Shown: positions 62,752-64,000 of the stretch, piece by piece
Numbering within the stretch: position 1 is the first letter of the stretch
Layout of the letters: every line of letters starts with the position of its first letter
Source: an uncultured delta proteobacterium
GTDB lineage: Bacteria > Desulfobacterota > Binatia > JACPRU01
NCBI GenBank assembly: GCA_963745025.1
Contig: CAVUWD010000008.1
Location: 96,001-160,000 of the forward strand
Length of the DNA stretch: 64,000 bases
Direction: 5' to 3'
Program-made: the position numbers and the translations under genes
The notes under the pieces: generated by a model
The model's database searches: none
What the model was told of the DNA's origin: nothing
Seen by the model: the letters and a program-made list of their open reading frames with translations, nothing else

Positions 62752-63783
62752 TCAGCCCAATTTGGGCATGACGTGTCGCGCGAAAAGCTCCATCGATCGA
62801 AGCGTCTTCTTCGGATCGTTCCCCGGCATCGACATGTACGTCACGAGGTGCGAGCCCGGGGAACGCGCCAGGTAGTCCTGAAGCCCGGCCCTGACCTCGT
62901 CGGGCGTGCCGACGAAGGCCGGCTCGCCGAAGAACTCCCCCTTCTGTTCCTTGCGAAACTGTGCGGGCGTGGGCACTGCCTGCCCTTCGACGTCGCCCGT
63001 GATGTCGCCCGAAGCGACCGCCCAGTCGTGGTAATATTTGAGCACGTGGTGGAAGCCGTCGGCGATGTCGTCCCACGCCCCTTCGTGCGTATCGGCGCAA
63101 TAGCACAAGACGAGCTGGAGGATCTTGAAATCGGCAGGATTGCGGCCATGGCGCTCGAGCGCCGCGATGTACTTGGCGCGGTGATGTCCCACTCCGACGG
63201 AGGCGAAATGGAAGCCGAGACGCGCGGCGCGATCGATGGCCTTGTCGGCGCGCGCGCCCACCCAGATCGGAAGGTTCTGTTGCACGGGCGGCGGCGCGAT
63301 CTGGATGTTGTCCAGGTGGTTGTGTTCGCCTTGGAAGCTGAACTTCTCCCCGCTCAGCAGCCCGCGAAGAACGTGCAAGCCCTCCTCCATGCGGCGGGCG
63401 CGCTGGCCGTGGCGGATGCCGCGGGGGTCGAACTCGTAGGGGACGTAGCCCTGGCCGACACCGAGGTCGAAACGCCCGTTCGATATGATGTCCACCGTGG
63501 CGGCATTCTCCGCCACCGCGATCGGATCGTGCAGCGGCAAGAGCACCACGAACGTCCCGATACGAATCCTGCTCGTCCGCGCCGCCACCGCTCCGGCGAT
63601 CGCCATCAGCGAAGGCGAATAGCCGTCGGCGGCGAAATGATGCTCGGTGAGCCAGACGTGACCGTAGCCGAGCTTCTCGGACTCGACGATCAGGTCGAGA
63701 TCATCCCGGTAGAGGTCCGGCCACGGACGCTTTTTGAACGGCGGATTGCGAAATCCGAAGAGAACGCCACAATCGATGGCCAT
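62752..63783 (-). CDS. LLM-class flavin-dependent oxidoreductase
   Basis: WLTEHH, AENAATVD-ISNGRFDLGVG-GY. Confidence 0.92.
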   Translation of the reverse strand: MAIDCGVLFGFRNPPFKKRPWPDLYRDDLDLIVESEKLGYGHVWLTEHHFAADGYSPSLMAIAGAVAARTSRIRIGTFVVLLPLHDPIAVAENAATVDIISNGRFDLGVGQGYVPYEFDPRGIRHGQRARRMEEGLHVLRGLLSGEKFSFQGEHNHLDNIQIAPPPVQQNLPIWVGARADKAIDRAARLGFHFASVGVGHHRAKYIAALERHGRNPADFKILQLVLCYCADTHEGAWDDIADGFHHVLKYYHDWAVASGDITGDVEGQAVPTPAQFRKEQKGEFFGEPAFVGTPDEVRAGLQDYLARSPGSHLVTYMSMPGNDPKKTLRSMELFARHVMPKLG

Positions 63784-64000
63784 AGAATTCTCCGAAGAGG
63801 GGTGTCTGCGAGCCGGACTCTCCCTTCCTCCTTGCCGCCGCCGTTCTACGGTGGTCGGCGGGATACTTCAACGCCAGTCCCTGCTCGTCTCGATCCGCGC
63901 GTCACAATCCCGAGAATCGTTGCTTGACCATCATGCGTGAGATGCGGTAGGCGCGATCGTTCGGTAGTGGCACGGGAGAATCGATGGCAAACGAGTCCTC

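Noticed and set aside
1-64000. CRISPR array or cas genes
   Set aside because: No run of regularly spaced repeats; the 32- and 35-bp repeats occur only twice, more than 1 kb apart

Overview
GC-rich bacterial DNA, plausibly Ca. Binatia/deltaproteobacterial (inference from gene types), that reads as one large decaying accessory region. It contains no intact rRNA, tRNA or CRISPR array. There are repeated 3' halves of tRNA-Thr(CGT) and tRNA-Glu with integrase arm-type repeats, a P4-like tyrosine integrase, many truncated or frameshifted genes, and scattered integron attC sites with no intI. Most notable: two copies of one IS110-family recombinase element each sit at the same CT dinucleotide inside the R'' box (RYYYAAC) of a different attC site. 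Its upstream non-coding region carries motifs matching both the attC core and its own donor end, as expected for a bridge/seek RNA. Also present: a ~17.3 kb IS1634-bounded block of anaerobic-metabolism genes (nirK 3' part, hemerythrin, rubrerythrin, korAB, PPi-PFK, nifJ) splitting a second IS110 gene, and a c-di-AMP (ydaO) riboswitch in front of rlpA. All calls are by eye, without database searches.
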